From assembly GCF_964355755.1 (NCBI RefSeq), contig NC_092671.1, forward strand, positions 25,556,070-25,620,069: a stretch of DNA of 64,000 nucleotides, given 5' to 3'. This document shows positions 22,842 through 37,800 of this stretch, piece by piece. The position numbers and the translations under genes were made by a program. Source of the stretch: Antedon mediterranea (lineage: Eukaryota; Animalia; Echinodermata). The stretch's first letter is position 1; each line of letters opens with the position of its first letter. Under the pieces are notes generated by a model that saw nothing but the letters and a program-made list of their open reading frames with translations, was not told the DNA's origin and searched no databases.

Positions 22842-25800
22842 CTATAACAGAAAAAACAAAAAAACAATGTGCTATGATTGAAAGATTATGATATCAGAAA
22901 TGATTCTATAATATTATATCAAATAACAATGTGTCATAATTTATGATATCACTAATAATACTAATAATCATAATGGTATATTACATACTAATAATAATAT
23001 GGTAACATAATATGATATGATATATTTGGTATCTTTATTTTGAAAATACCATACATAATTATTGCAGCCAATGAATGCTGAACTACAGATATAATTTCTC
23101 AATTAAACTTGGAAATACATAAATATATATAATATACATATAAGTACAGTCTTTAAATAAAATAATAATTCTTTTTTTTTTCCAATAGGCATAATTTTAA
23201 AGCGTTTTTTTTTGCGATTATCACTATGATACAACTAACATTAATACTGTATGATACGCATTCCAAACAAATAATGTAAACAATAATATTATGATGACCG
23301 TATGATTTTGATAAGTATAGCAAACAAATTGTTATTATAAACGTAAAACTGATGAAATTGAACTTCACATCTTACATCTAATAAAAGCTGCATCAGATAG
23401 TCAAGCACTATATAATTATCGTCAGGAATTTTCTCGCTGATTAGATGACGGCAGATCTCTACTCGAATATTCTCATCTGGAATATCTAAAAGAGATAAAA
23501 ATAGCTTAGACCGAGTTGCAGATAATTTATAATATGGATATAGAACATCTAAAAAGGTCAACAATTGCATTTAATCAGATATTATACTTGTAAGGACAAG
23601 AATCTTAACCAGCCAACATTACTTTTCTACTCATAAATAAGAAAATGAGTATAATGGCATATGTAGAAGGTCTCACCAAAAATGAATATCAAGAAAATGA
23701 ATATAATGGCATATGTAGAAGGTCTCACCAAAATGAATATCATGTTGAAAGTATAAACAAGTAACACATACAATGTTAAATCTATCAGATCATTTTAAAC
23801 AATATGATTCAAAATGAAAAAAACCATTTACTTATTTGCTGTCAATTCTTAAAAATATGAAATAAGCTAAGGTAATCTAGCTAAAACTGCAGCCCACAAA
23901 GTGAAACAAATTGCAAACAGAGATTTTTATTTTTTAAATGGTGATGTTGGAGAAAATGTAGGGATCACATCATCTTGATAATTAAATTAGCTTAAATAAG
24001 CAATAACAGGGTTACCATATCTATAAAACCACTAGTAAGGGCACACTTTTTCATACAAATGAAATATACTGTACTATACAAACAATTCTGAGTGAAATGG
24101 TACAAAATAATTTCATAAAATGAAAGTTATATTCAACTTCACAAAAATAAAATTATTTGTACAATTTCACTCGTTAAAATTATTCATTTGAAGAGGCAGC
24201 GCTCCAACTTTGGACGTGAGGTAGAACAATTATAGACAACGCATACTACAGGTTGATCGAACATATCAGTCAACATGTGTAGTTGCTGACTCACTGTGTA
24301 ACAAAAATGGGAGCAAATAAAATTTCTGTTTCGATTTTACATAAACCACAAGGTACTCTGGAGTGTGAGAGTAAATAAACTCACCATAAATAGATAAAAT
24401 ATGTGGATAAAGCTCGTTACTTAAGATTGGTTCAGGTAATTCCTTGAAGAATAATTTGAGAATGAGACAAGGTATACGGATATCCAAGTAATCGTCAAAG
24501 TTAACACGTTCCCCGTTGTTGTATTGCGTCTGTATGACCTTTACCATCCTTGCATTTGGTGACCGTCGAAAAATACCCTCTACTGCCAACCCTGGAAGTG
24601 AAAAATTTCACCACATTCATTTATCCTTTTTATATTTGTTCAAAGGTGATTTGTACAATACAACATTTATACATATTTGATACACGATGAGTGAAGACAA
24701 ACAATCAACGTGATGCAATTGCAGTTAGCTGAAACATACCAAAAAAGGCGAAAAATATAACATATATTTTAGTTAATTTTATAAAATTCATCATGCATCA
24801 TCCAAAGTGATCATAAACAAAAATAACTATAGAAGAAATTATGAACCATGTTAATGCAGGAAGGTATAAAAATAATCAATAATAATATATTTAAAAAATA
24901 ATTATTAATAATATTTGTATACCCCTGGTTGATCCAAATTGGCAAGTTGGGTATAGACTGGCATAAAGGGAACCAACTGTAAGCTACAAACCTCTAGGGA
25001 CCATACTGTAGTTAATAGATATTTTTAGCACAGGCATGTACACGAACGTATAATGTCAAAATTCTACTAATTTGCATAACAGCGTAGTTCAGCGAACATT
25101 TGCTTTACGTACTTGTTAGTTTTTATTTCGCTCGATGGGAAGTTTAGATCGCAACGCATGTCTCGCACATTCAACAAAAATTTCTCACTGTGGCCAATGT
25201 ATATATATAATAATGTCTCTAACACTAACAGTAATTATTAATTTTAATTATACTTTTCTCTTTGAATTTTATATTTTACTTACTCTGATTTTGATAAAAC
25301 AAATCATGGAATGCCTTGGCCTTAGACTACAGTAGGCCTAGCTGGGCATTTTAAAACATGAATATTGGGTGATAAATAGCACATTGCAATAAACAATTCT
25401 TATTTTTTGGCTTATTCAAAAACATATCTTTAAATTTACCATTTTGTTTTCTTAATTATTCTGCAGACAGGCACGGATTTAGGCTTTAATCAGAAAAAAG
25501 GTTCTCGATGCACGTATTTAAGATTAATTTGTTTATGGAGATTGCACGTTGCATGATGGGAAATAGTTTTAAAGTTAACATTGAGATTCTTGTGGGAAAG
25601 CTCCTTATTTATTACTGTATACCAAACTACTGTACCTTGATGATGTATTTAGATGTACAAACCTTTACCTACTGCATGTTAACTAGAAAAATATAATATA
25701 TACACATTGCCTTTTTACATTGATATTTCCAAATTATCTTCTCTAATAATGTTAATAAATGTTGAAGTTAGTCTAAAAGCCTCACCGTTCTCTCTAATGT

Positions 25801-28800
25801 AGGCAATTGTTTCTTGAATAACAAGTGGAACAGGATTTCCATCATTATTATCCTTCAAACTAGAAAAAAATAAAGCCATTAGAAAAATCTATTTAAAAGA
25901 AAGATTGATTAGAAAAGAAGATGTAATTATAACATAATAAAGCCATTAATTCATGTTAAAAGCCTTGAATATGAACACTCAAAACCAGTAGTAATTAGTA
26001 TAAGGATATTCATTTAAGAACCTTTTCATCTATTTTAAACAATAAAGCAGATGACACAATTTCTGTACCAAGTTCACACAGAGCCACCATATCGAACAGA
26101 TTGAAACTGCTACCTTTTAGCCCCTAAATTTAAATCACACCTAGAATCAAACAGGCCTAGGGGGAAAGTCCTTTGGGTGATTTTAGCTGGATCTTAATTG
26201 TGACATAAATAATTAAGTGATATTATGGAACTGTTGCAAAGAAAAGCCAAGCTTTAGGAAAATACTATTATTACTTTTATTGGAATATGCAAGTGTATTC
26301 GTGCTGAAGCTTACCTGGATAAACTGACATAGGCATTTTCCCCTCCAAGGGGAGAACATATTAAATTGAAAGGTTTTGGATCAAGAGACAGAAAATGCTA
26401 TAATCAATATAAAAAGACTGGGTTTTTTTGGGGCATTGTAAATGGTGGTTCCCACTAGAACGCAACTCACTGCAGCACCATATTGATGCAAAGTGCTGTA
26501 TTACATTATCACAAGTAGGACCAACGACGCAACAGTGCTGCAAACATTTCTACGAGAAATCAAATCAGTTTGATTTCACGCAACAACGCAAGAATACTGG
26601 AAAACAATTAAGTACAGCGCAGAGCCAAGTGAACTAGGTCAAAGTCTACGGAAACTAACGTTAATGGGCAACTAGAGCAGGTTTGATTTCACACAGACAG
26701 GGCTGACACAATTATTGTAAGTGCATTTTCTTATATTGCGTAGGTTAATTTACGTTGTGTCGTGTGGAACCACGTTTAAGACTTGAACATCATCTAAAGT
26801 TAAGTCAATTACAAAAGGTCTCACATCACAAGCACACTTTTCCAGGAACAGAAATGATGAACACTCTGAACTGCTTTTATAAATGCAGTAAAAGGTAAAA
26901 TGTAAATGTATGAACATAGCCATGGACAACAACTCTCAAGACTTACAATTGCAATGAAACACCAAACTGCTGCGTTGTAGGATGCTCATCTGAGTAACTT
27001 GCAGATCTCATTTGCCATGAGTTTGGTCTGCTGTATGAATCAGGGTTTATGCTTCCTTTCACCAACTCGTTTTGTTCGTACCTAGGTAGGTATAAAATGA
27101 GATAAAATAATTAGGTATTTAAATAAAAAATAAAATAAGATGTTTAAAAAGAATTTATTGTTCCATATTTAAAATTTAACAATTGCACCTTCAAAAAATC
27201 TAGAGAGAATACACATCAACATTTGCAGGATTTGTTGAAATGTCATCAGACACAGATGAGAGCATCTACTAAATCATTACCCGGTACTATTTTTAAACAT
27301 GTTTTTTCACACAACTTTATTTCAGCTTAATATCATCTCAACTTTATATACGCTCTTACCACGTTGAAACAACAGTTCTTGTCAGATCACCGAAGTTAAG
27401 TAATGTTGGGCCCGAGCTTGAATATTGGGTGCGGTATATAGAGCTGGGCTCCCATTAGGCATTTGAAATCAGCACTGCTGACTCTTATGGCACCCCCTGC
27501 ATCTAGTATCTGCCTCAGCGAAGCCCTTGGTCAATGATGGCACCAGCCAAAGGTGCTTTAAACAGTCCTGGCTTAGTTTGATCCATCATTTAGATAAATT
27601 TAAGACTAATTGACATTGTCATAAAAAAAAAAAAATTCATCTTAACCAACCACAGGATGAGCTACTGTAACAATGGTTGTATTAAGTATCTTCTACTAAA
27701 GATAGAAATATATAACACTTGTGCTGGTTCATATAATGATTCTAATTAAAGACCAGGAGTAATTAAAAAATGGTTTACTGGGCAAGCGGGAAATAAATCA
27801 TGTAGCTCAAGTAAGTTTTCCAGTCATCAAAATTACTGGGGTGTTCACAGTTATTCTGGTATTTGGTTGGCAAGTCAAGTTTTAAAGTTATCAAAAAAAG
27901 TTGAGTGCTGTTACACAAGTAATCATGAATACAAACCTTCTGATTTCTTCTGGTATCTGTAAACTATCAACCCAGCATATACTTTGCAAGTCTTTTACAT
28001 ATTCCACGTAATGTATCTTATGGTAAAACTTTGAACTGATAAACGGCTTAAATAATGCTACTGCAAGTCTAACCCAGAAAGATGGATGCACTATGTATAA
28101 CCTTTTAAGATTCTTCTTATATCTAAAAAGGAAACATAATAAAATCTCAATTAACTTGTACAGTAATATCAAATAATATTTTAAAAATTACAATGATACT
28201 AAAAGGTTAAAACACTGGAAAATCAAGACTGCCGTTTTACTTGGTGTGAAAAAAAAACCCAACCCAACACAAGTTCAATATCTGATTCAAACTCCAGCAG
28301 TGGCAGGAGGTTACCTTGGGCCAAACGTATTTTTTATTGTATTTAAATAAATTATAAAAATCTTGAAGCAAAGCAGAACTTATCAATCATGTTGTCCACA
28401 ATAAATTAGTATCATCGTCACACCTGTTCTACAATGCATATGAAAACCTTCACCTGCCTAGTTCAAATTAGAAATGATAAATGCATTTTTGCAAACTGGA
28501 AATCAATAACGTATATCTTATGTATGATGATCAATTATATAGAAACAGTGTTGACTTACTTCCGTTCCAACTCATTGTACGCTTGAGCTAGCCAGCGGAA
28601 CGACGGGCTATTCTTCCATGTCAACCCGTGTTGGAACACTATCAAGGTATAATCTTCTTCTACATGTTTGTCCAAGGTGTATTTCATATACCTGAAATGT
28701 ATGTGGAATTATATAAATGCAAACTGGATTTACATTAATAATAAATAATTCATGTTTGATATTTAAAAATAGGCTTTATCACATTTTACAAAAGAAGCAG

Positions 28801-31800
28801 TATGTAGATTTACATTAATAAATAATGTATGTTTGATATTTAAAATGGGCATATATCACAAATGAACCAAAAATTAATTTATGAATATGGTCATGTTTTT
28901 ATTGATACCGTAAATGAATGTACCTATTGCCACAAAATATAATGTACCGTAGTTCACAAAACATCTGCAAATACTGCTTTCTGCAACTACAGTATACTGC
29001 TTACTGTGCAGTGTAAAGTTGCTACCAACTACTGCTGTAGGTCGTAACTGCTGGTGGAACAACTAGTCCCTTGTATGTACTTGCTACCATTTCTGCAATA
29101 ATGCTGTTAATGGATTGTTTTGCTGCTATAGATACCTACAGTACTGCAAAGTCTAATGATGTTGCTGAATTATTTGATAGGTGTGGCAATGCTACAAATA
29201 CTGTAATGCTGCTATACAAGCAAAATAATGTTGTGGCACTGCTGTTGCTGCTTATTGGTACTGCTACAACCACTGATCAATTTTGGTGGTGCTACTATTG
29301 TAGTATAATGCTGCTAGTTGGTGATGTTTGGTACTACAACTGCTGTATGTAGTGCTGCTGATTGATGATGGTGGTGGTTCATGCAGCTCGGTGTAATGCC
29401 GATTGGTGATGGTGCTACAGCTGCTGTAGTGCAATGCTTCTGATGATTGCTGGTGGTGCTACTCTATTTGTGTAATGGTGATTGGTGGTGGCGCTACAGC
29501 TGCTGATGATTGCTGGTGGTGCTACTCTATTTGTGTAATGGTGATTGGTGGTGGTGCTACAGCTGCTGATGATTGCTGGTGGTGCTACTCCATTTGTGTA
29601 CTGCTGATTGCTGGTGGTGCTACTCCATTTGTGTACTGCTGATTGGTGGTGGCGCTACAGCTGCTGATGATTGCTGGTGGTGCTACTCCATTTGTGTACT
29701 GCTTATTGGTGGTGATGCTGCAGCTGCTGTAGTGCAATGCTTCTGACAATTGTGAAATTTGCCAAATTTAAACACTAATTTATCAAACATAATATTCATT
29801 ACTGTGATGTACATTTTATTGACAGCAAACCAAGTGTACGTGGAAGGCAGATATTTTATGTCAACATAATATATGATTATTATATTAGACTTTGAGGTGA
29901 TGACGTACTTTCAATTTCTTCCTTGGCCTCTAATGAGAAGGATATTTGACTAGTTCAAGTACTCAAATTGGTTATTTTCATCATCTTAACTCTATGATTG
30001 CCAAATCTACTTTTACCGAAGGTTAAGAGGCAATCGATACATCATAAATTTATGTTAAAGAATATTAACACAAATTGTGTTTACTGTGTATGTCTTGTAT
30101 ATTCTTGAATGCATCAAAAAAGTGTGTGTTAGTCTGGCAGATGATAAAGGAAATTTAATGAGGAAAATTCTCTACTCAGTCTTCAATGGCAGCAACAAAA
30201 AAAGACACAATCTTCTGGGAAATTCTGTCGAGAGAGGTACATGTGTCAACACCCAGTTTAGTTTAATAAGCATTTTATTCTTTTTTAAACTGCAAAACAA
30301 TCTTTACAATTACTTACAGTTTAGAATTACATAGCAGTGATTTTGCCGTACAGGAGTTACAATTTATGCTACCCACTGCAACAAACTCCTGCCTCCATCT
30401 TTCATTCTATATTTGTGTGAATCTTGTAACAACATGTGTGTACAATAATTAGACAGACTTGCATGCTGAATGGGCTAATCTTAATAAAATAATTGCCATT
30501 TTGTTCTTCTATTTCATCCAACAAAATGGTTACAAAATAAAAAAAAAGTATATAGCATATTATATAAAATCACAAAAATTTAATATCGTAGGCCTTTGAT
30601 AGATTTTATATTTCAGCACAGAATTAACAGCAAATATAATCAGTAATAAACTATGACATTTTTTTATGCTTCTGCAATGAGAAAATTTGTGGTATTGAGA
30701 ACCAGAGAATGATTTGAACCCAGGTTCTCGATATTGATAAAAGGTTGCTACTTAACAAGCCATGCACTTCCGCTATAAAAATGCTTGAACGCTTATTCAT
30801 ATACAGTAGCTCGCAGGGAACAGGTTAAAAGCAGTCAAACGGAATGATAAATTACAATTCAAGACATGACATCTAATGCAGTGTAATACTACTTAGGAAA
30901 TGAAATGGATAGAAGCCAAAGCGCACTGCATTTAACATGTCATTATACACACTGTAGTTTAGTATGCTGGTAATTGCTGGTAATGGGCCGGATACAATTT
31001 AAAAATTATCCCAGAACTGTTATAATATTCTAGGGAATATGGATATTCACACTCCTTAACTATATTATAGCAAATTAAAATGTCAAATAATTTCTAAATG
31101 AGTTTGTATATTTCAATAATTAATTATAGCACAGAAATATTGGGAAAGTTTGATTAGCAAATACAGATAATTATCGTCTGAAAACAGTTTTGTACTACAT
31201 TTTTTGAATGTGTAGTAATAAGGGTAGTTTTATATATTATTTTGCTGGAAAAGATGTCAGCATAATGAAGGTGAGGTGATAATTCTGGTATAAGGAGACA
31301 CTGAATAGGTGTGGGCTTTTATAGTGTTAAAACATATAGAGGTGTCTCTCAAGGAGGTGTCCTCTTAATAGAGGTGTCTCTGAACAGAGGTGTCCCTGAA
31401 CAGAGGTGTTCCCTTTATAGAGATGTCCCTCAATAGAGGTGTCCCCTTAATAGAAGTTTCCCTCAATAGAGGTGTCCCCTTAATAGAAGTTTCCCTCAAT
31501 AGAGGTGTCCCCTTAATAGAGGTATTACCTTAATAAAGGTGTCCTCTAAATAGAGGTGTCCCTGAATAGAGGTGTTCCCTTAATAGGTGTCCCTCAATAG
31601 AGGTCTCCCCTTAATAGAGGTGTCCCTCAATAGAGGTGTCCCCTCAATAGATGTATTACCTTAATAGAGGTGTCCTCTGAATAGAGGTGTCCTCTGAATA
31701 GAGGTGTCCCTGAATAGAAGTGTTCCCTTAATAGGTGTCCCTCAATAGAGGTCTCCCCTTAATAGAGGTGTCCCTGTATAGAAAGTGTTTGTTTTATAGC

Positions 31801-34800
31801 AGAAGGGTTCACAGGTGCATGAGATTTTTGTTTGTGTAGTTTAAATACTATTCCTATAATATGTCATACCAAAGCAGTAAAAAAATCCACATTCACGAAT
31901 TTCTTATGTACAATGTAATATGCAGTGAATACATTTAATAGAGAAAATAATATGTATATAGTTATATAAAAATTGATTTGACAAGATTTTATTTGACAGC
32001 ATGCTTTATCTGTCATGTTTAAAAGCTAAGGAAAGTGAAAATATTGTTGACAAAAATGACCCAAAGGGACAACTTGAAAATGTTTTAGTATCATGCTAAA
32101 GTCAGTGTGTTAAAAGAAAAGTAGAAATTAATATTCTTTGTAGGCATATCAAATATACTGTTCAATTTGATATACATAACTGCAACAAAATGCAGATATA
32201 TAAAAACATGCAAAAACGCATCAACAAACATTGGCCAACAAATAATTGTTAGGCCCTATGTTGCCCAAGAAAAGCATCAATTGGCAAACAGGGTTATTTG
32301 ATTCTTTTAGATGATTTTGTAACATTTAACGTCACCCCAAAAAATGTTAATTAGTTAATTACTAATTATTTACATTTTCAATGGTCAAACTTAATCAAAC
32401 ATTACATCGTTCGATATGCAATATGTTGTTCTGCAAATATGATATACAGAAAATGTAGTGGGAAGTCAGTCATTCACCGTCAACATGGCACAATGTAAAG
32501 CTCACTACCAAGCTTGCATTAACATATTTGATTAGTTTGTGCCTCTATGTATTCAGTACATAGTATCTAAGTCGATGAAAAGAACCCTGTCGGGTCTACA
32601 ACCGCAAACATAGACATAAATCATGTATTTGTGGTCCTTACACCAACTTAAACAAATTGAAAAGAGATCTCGTAGCTACGTATTTAGAATTTGATGTGTG
32701 TGGCCGCACCATTCCAGATTGAGTAAGTGATATTTTTTAAAAATAGTTTGTTTCTATATTATGCGGTTGGGGATTGACATAAGAGGATTATTGTGTGTGT
32801 GAATGGGGTAAAAGTCATGTCAGTCATACATTCTAGACACAATCACCCTCTACCAAAACATCAGTGATCCATGTCTACCTCCAAGAACCTCTGAGGACTA
32901 CCTACTATATCCCCAGGTTGCTTCATCAGTCTACAACCCTTGGTTGCTATATTCCCTTGCAGAGTCTCATCCTTGGCCAGTTTTAAAACAGTCTCTGATG
33001 TAACATAGATATATCATAGTAGAACAGAAATAAAGTACTGTATAAAGAAATATGATTGGTACTTACTGCAACATTCGAGTATGATCAATTTCATTGCTAG
33101 CTGGCAGTCTGGAGCAGAAGAAAAGAATAAGTTTGCCTCCATATATCCTATCCACTCCTGCTAAAAAACACATACAATGATCATTTCAAATTGAAGAACT
33201 TTCTTTTAATCATGCGCATTTTGTTGCAACACGATATTGGCCAGTCATCTCCTCAGCATCTGAGATCACCCATTGTATACCCAGATACTGTAGCTTTTAG
33301 CCTGTTTTTCCATAAGTGAAACTATTTGCTTGAATTAAAAGGTTTATATACTAAACCTATTCATATTTCTATCTACCGAATTCTTTGATGTGTCTAATTC
33401 TATTTCCTTGTGAATTTCATATCATGAAGTCTACTTTTTGCAATGACAAGAAATGAACAAAAAAAAAAAGATTAAATAGTATTTTACCACATGTTTTAAT
33501 TGATAGATTATTAAGTTTTAATGTCTCACCTCAGCTCGCCAAAGTTATATATAGTTTTTGGATTAATAGACCGCAGATGGTTAAGTGCAATGTAATGGTA
33601 TCCTATCCAACAAAGAATCTATCAGTGTTGGAGCTCCTCAAGGATGTGTTATTTCTCCAATTTTGTTCTCTTTTTATTCAAGTAGTTTTAATATTTTAAG
33701 TAAAGATTGCAATATTGTAAAATACGCTGACGATACTGTAATTAGTGGTTTTCTTTGCGATAGTAAGCATAATGTAAATGAATTTGTTAATGAAGTTGGA
33801 AGATTTGTTAGTTGTGGTGTGAGGATATGAACTTAATACTTAATATTACTAAAACCAAAGAGATGATAATAGATTTTCGTAAAACCGCAGTTGAACATAA
33901 TGTAATAACTATTAAAGAAACCGAGGTTGAAAGAGTAACCCAATACAAATACTTAGGTACTATAATTGACAACAAATTAAAATGGGAGTCAAACTCTCTC
34001 ATGATTTCCAAGAAGGCATCTCAAAGGCTTTACTTTCTCAGAAAACTCAAGCAAATTAGAGTTGATAACACTATTTTAATTCTATTTTATCAAAGTATTA
34101 TTCAAAGTATTTTATCTTTTAGCATTGGATGTTTTTATGGTAACTTTACTGAAAATGATAAGAAAAATATTGAGAGACCACGTAGAATTGCACAACGTAT
34201 TATTAAAGCTGATCTGATGCCTTGTTCATTTATCTATGAAAAGAGTATTTTTTTTTAAAGTAAACAATATTATGAAAGACCCCACTCATCCGTTACATTA
34301 CTGTTAATATAACTTAAATAGATCAGGTATTAGGCTACGACCTCCAAGAGTAAATCTTTGTAGAACTAGAAAATCCTTCGTTGTAAATAGCATTCATATT
34401 TTTAATTCTAATGTAAGACGATAATGCAATTTTTTAATAGTTTTACATTTTTAACAGTATTTTTAACTTTTTATCTTGTATGTTTAATCTGTTATAATAC
34501 TGCACGTTTTAAATTGTTGCAATATTGCTGTTTTAATCTACCAAGCAAAGTGAATTTCCATTTTTATGGACAAATAAAATTTCTTGAATCTTGAATTAAC
34601 CATGTATAATAATCTTTATTTTCTTTCTTTTTTGTTCTTTCTCACATACATAAAATCAAAACTTAAGACAAAAGACCAAAAAAAATAGTATTATAAAATT
34701 AAAAAAAAAGGATTAAACTTTGACAAATCTGTTGATTTTGTGCTAGCATGTCTATTACATCGCACTTTCTAATATTGGTACACTTAGTAATAAACCAGTC

Positions 34801-37800
34801 TGTCCACTAATTGAGCTGTTGCATTTTGTAACACTATCGCACTTTGTAATAACAAGTTTTCGTAGCTTAGTATTTTACAACTCCGTCTCTTACTACATAG
34901 TAGAATGTTATACTCTAGGCTACTACAAATTGACACATTCATTAATTTGATATATATAGTAGGCACTATCTATAATTGGGCATGAGTGCCTGGTCAGCAA
35001 TTTAAGGACGTATTTAGACATGTTTATTATAAAATATAAATTTGCAACAACATTACTAATAACCTCAATTGACCTCAACAGTATAAAGCAGAACAAAAAC
35101 AATAATATCACTCCCAAAAGAGTTAAAGGACTTTTCTGTAATTTTATAAGATAGGTCTGCTGTAGAAATCTTAATGATATGGTTAAACTGCTTATTCTGT
35201 GAAACTGCTGTTGAAAACTAAATGGGGTATTTACCAATGTTGTTGTACCAAGCTTGAATAAAAAATGTCGTAAACTATTAAGCACTGCTTTAATACAATG
35301 TACATTTGACTATTCTGCCTCGGCATGGTACGGCGGTTAAACATAAATTACAAACTGCCCAAAACAAGATGGCACGTTTCATTTTAAATGTTGGTCCGAG
35401 GTCTCACATAGGTGCCAAAGAGCTTTACGATCTTGGGTTTCTTAATGTCAGCCTCAGAAATAAGTTTTTAAGATTAAATTATGTTCACAAAATTCGCTAT
35501 AACTTTAATACGCCTTCTTTCCTTAAGGATAACTTTTTGTTAATTTCTGATCATCATAACCATTTCACCAGGGGTACAACATTTAATTTTGTCACTCCTA
35601 AGGCTACTGGCATTAATGATTCGACTTTTTATTTCTTAGGTATCCGTGACTGGAACAGGCTCCCCAATTCACTCAAATCAATACAAAATAACAGCTTGGA
35701 ATATCAGTTTAATTAAGTTATTTTTTAATATTTTTTTTTGATGTTATCTTGTCTTATATGTATTTTCTTGTTTTTCCATTTTTACTGCGTCCAACTTAAT
35801 GATATATTGTACTAGGCCCAACCACTCACTTTTTCAGTTAATGCGGATTGGACCCCATTGGAAATAAGTTTACTTTTTATTTGTCAACTTAATGGGTTAT
35901 CCTGGTATTCTTTTTGTACATTGTATATTTTAACTTTTGTGTGTGAATATCGAATAAAAGCAATCAATCAATCAATCAATCATATTCAATAAACAATAGA
36001 AAATGTGAAACACACCGTATGTTGTTTTTTTTTCTATGGAACGGTTTTCAGATATCAGTAATTATTACTAATGCTAACAATTTTGTGTTTTGTTTTAAAA
36101 ACAAAGAAGGAAAGTAAATTTAGTATGACGTTTATGTTAATCCATCAGCAGTGACAAAGTCTCACAATAAAGCATGATTTTGTTGTAAGCCAAGATATTA
36201 GATGTCTTGTAATTAGTCGAGTCTATCCACCTACATACTAATTCCTTCATTGTTAGTATTACTAGCTTTAAGCTTTACCTAGCCTAAGGATAATACAGAA
36301 ATGCAGTAAATACAATTATTATAATTTTGTTTTTCAAAATCAAAACCTTTACTAAAATACTAATATTATGTACTATTTTTTTTACAACTTTGGTATTTCA
36401 TTTTGTACATGAGTTGTTCTTTTTCAATTTCAAATAAATCCAATCAAAAAATAAAATTTAACATATATTGCTTCAAATTTTAAAATTTAGGAATCTGGAA
36501 ATATAATCAAATAAATAAACAATAGGAATTAATTGTTAAAAATAATTTATCTACAAAATGGAAAATACAAAATATATTATAATGAATATACAGGTACAGT
36601 AAAAATAGAAAAAAAAATACCTTTATGATATCATTCTACAGATAAATTCAATTTAGAGTAAAAATGTTTTGTTTTTATGCCAAAATAGATCAAAACTGGG
36701 TTCTTTTCTGAAGATCATAGCAAATAAGTATCAAATATTGAATAATGTATTAGCCTGTTTTACATACTCAAGTACGTTAAACTAGAATTTGTCGACACCT
36801 GAGCAGTATAACTGATGCTAAAATGACACTCGACTGTTTTATTTTCAACTAAATACACGTCAACTCGGCCAAAAACTAATTGGTCAACTCGGCCACAATA
36901 AAGTATGGAACGCAAAAAGTGCTTAATATTATTATGATTCTTACTATCCACGCTTGAGAAAAAATGAAGAAATAAAAAAAATAATATAATTAAATAATAT
37001 CATATAAAAAAATGAACTCATTGCTGATATGAATATAAGTACCCGCGTGTTACAAAAACACGTGCAGGTACCGCATTTTAGTAAATCGAAGACGGAGGCC
37101 TACGTTCCACCATTTGGCCATAGAAAAAATGATCGTACATATCGTTTTTGTCCATGATTTGCGTTTTTAAAAAAGGGGAAACACGTAGCAGTTGTAGATA
37201 TCGAAAAAGCTGCCAAAGGCGCAGGGAGGCGCAACTACGAATTGTTTTCAATTGTGCAATTTGAAATTTTATTAAACGTAAATAAAGGAAAGTTGGTGAA
37301 ATCAGTCCTATTTTTTTTGCTAAATATATTATTGTCTAAATATTAATATTCATTAAAAGTCAGAATTATTTATAGTTAAAAAATTGTGAAGAAATATTAT
37401 TTTATCAATCCCCTTCATTTGCACTTTTTGCGTTCCATACTTTAACGGGGCCGAGTTGACCGATTATTTTTTGGCCGAGTTGACGTGAGGCCGAGTTGAC
37501 TTGAGGCCGAGTTGACTTGAGGCCGAGTTGACTGGGGCCGACTTGACTTGGGGCCGACTTGACTTTAGCCGAGACGGTTTAGGGCCGACTTGGATCGAAA
37601 TCATGAACAGCTATCCCAGTTGGATTTAATCCTACAAGCTAATAATCTAACATAAATCACAATATCTTTATTATTATTACTCTTAATAATCAGTCATAGG
37701 CATACGGTTCATTGCAGGGAATGAATTGACAAGTATATGTACAGGATAATTTGCACCGATGTCATTTTTACATCTCAAACATGACCTTTTCAGATGATTC

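Noticed and set aside
27346-27450. Functional 5S rRNA gene
   Set aside because: Many substitutions and an internal deletion; followed by a body and A-tail rather than a T-run terminator.
29071-29352. 93-aa ORF in a RhoGAP intron
   Set aside because: Lies in a low-complexity TGC/TGG-rich tract that grades into a minisatellite; no homology signal.
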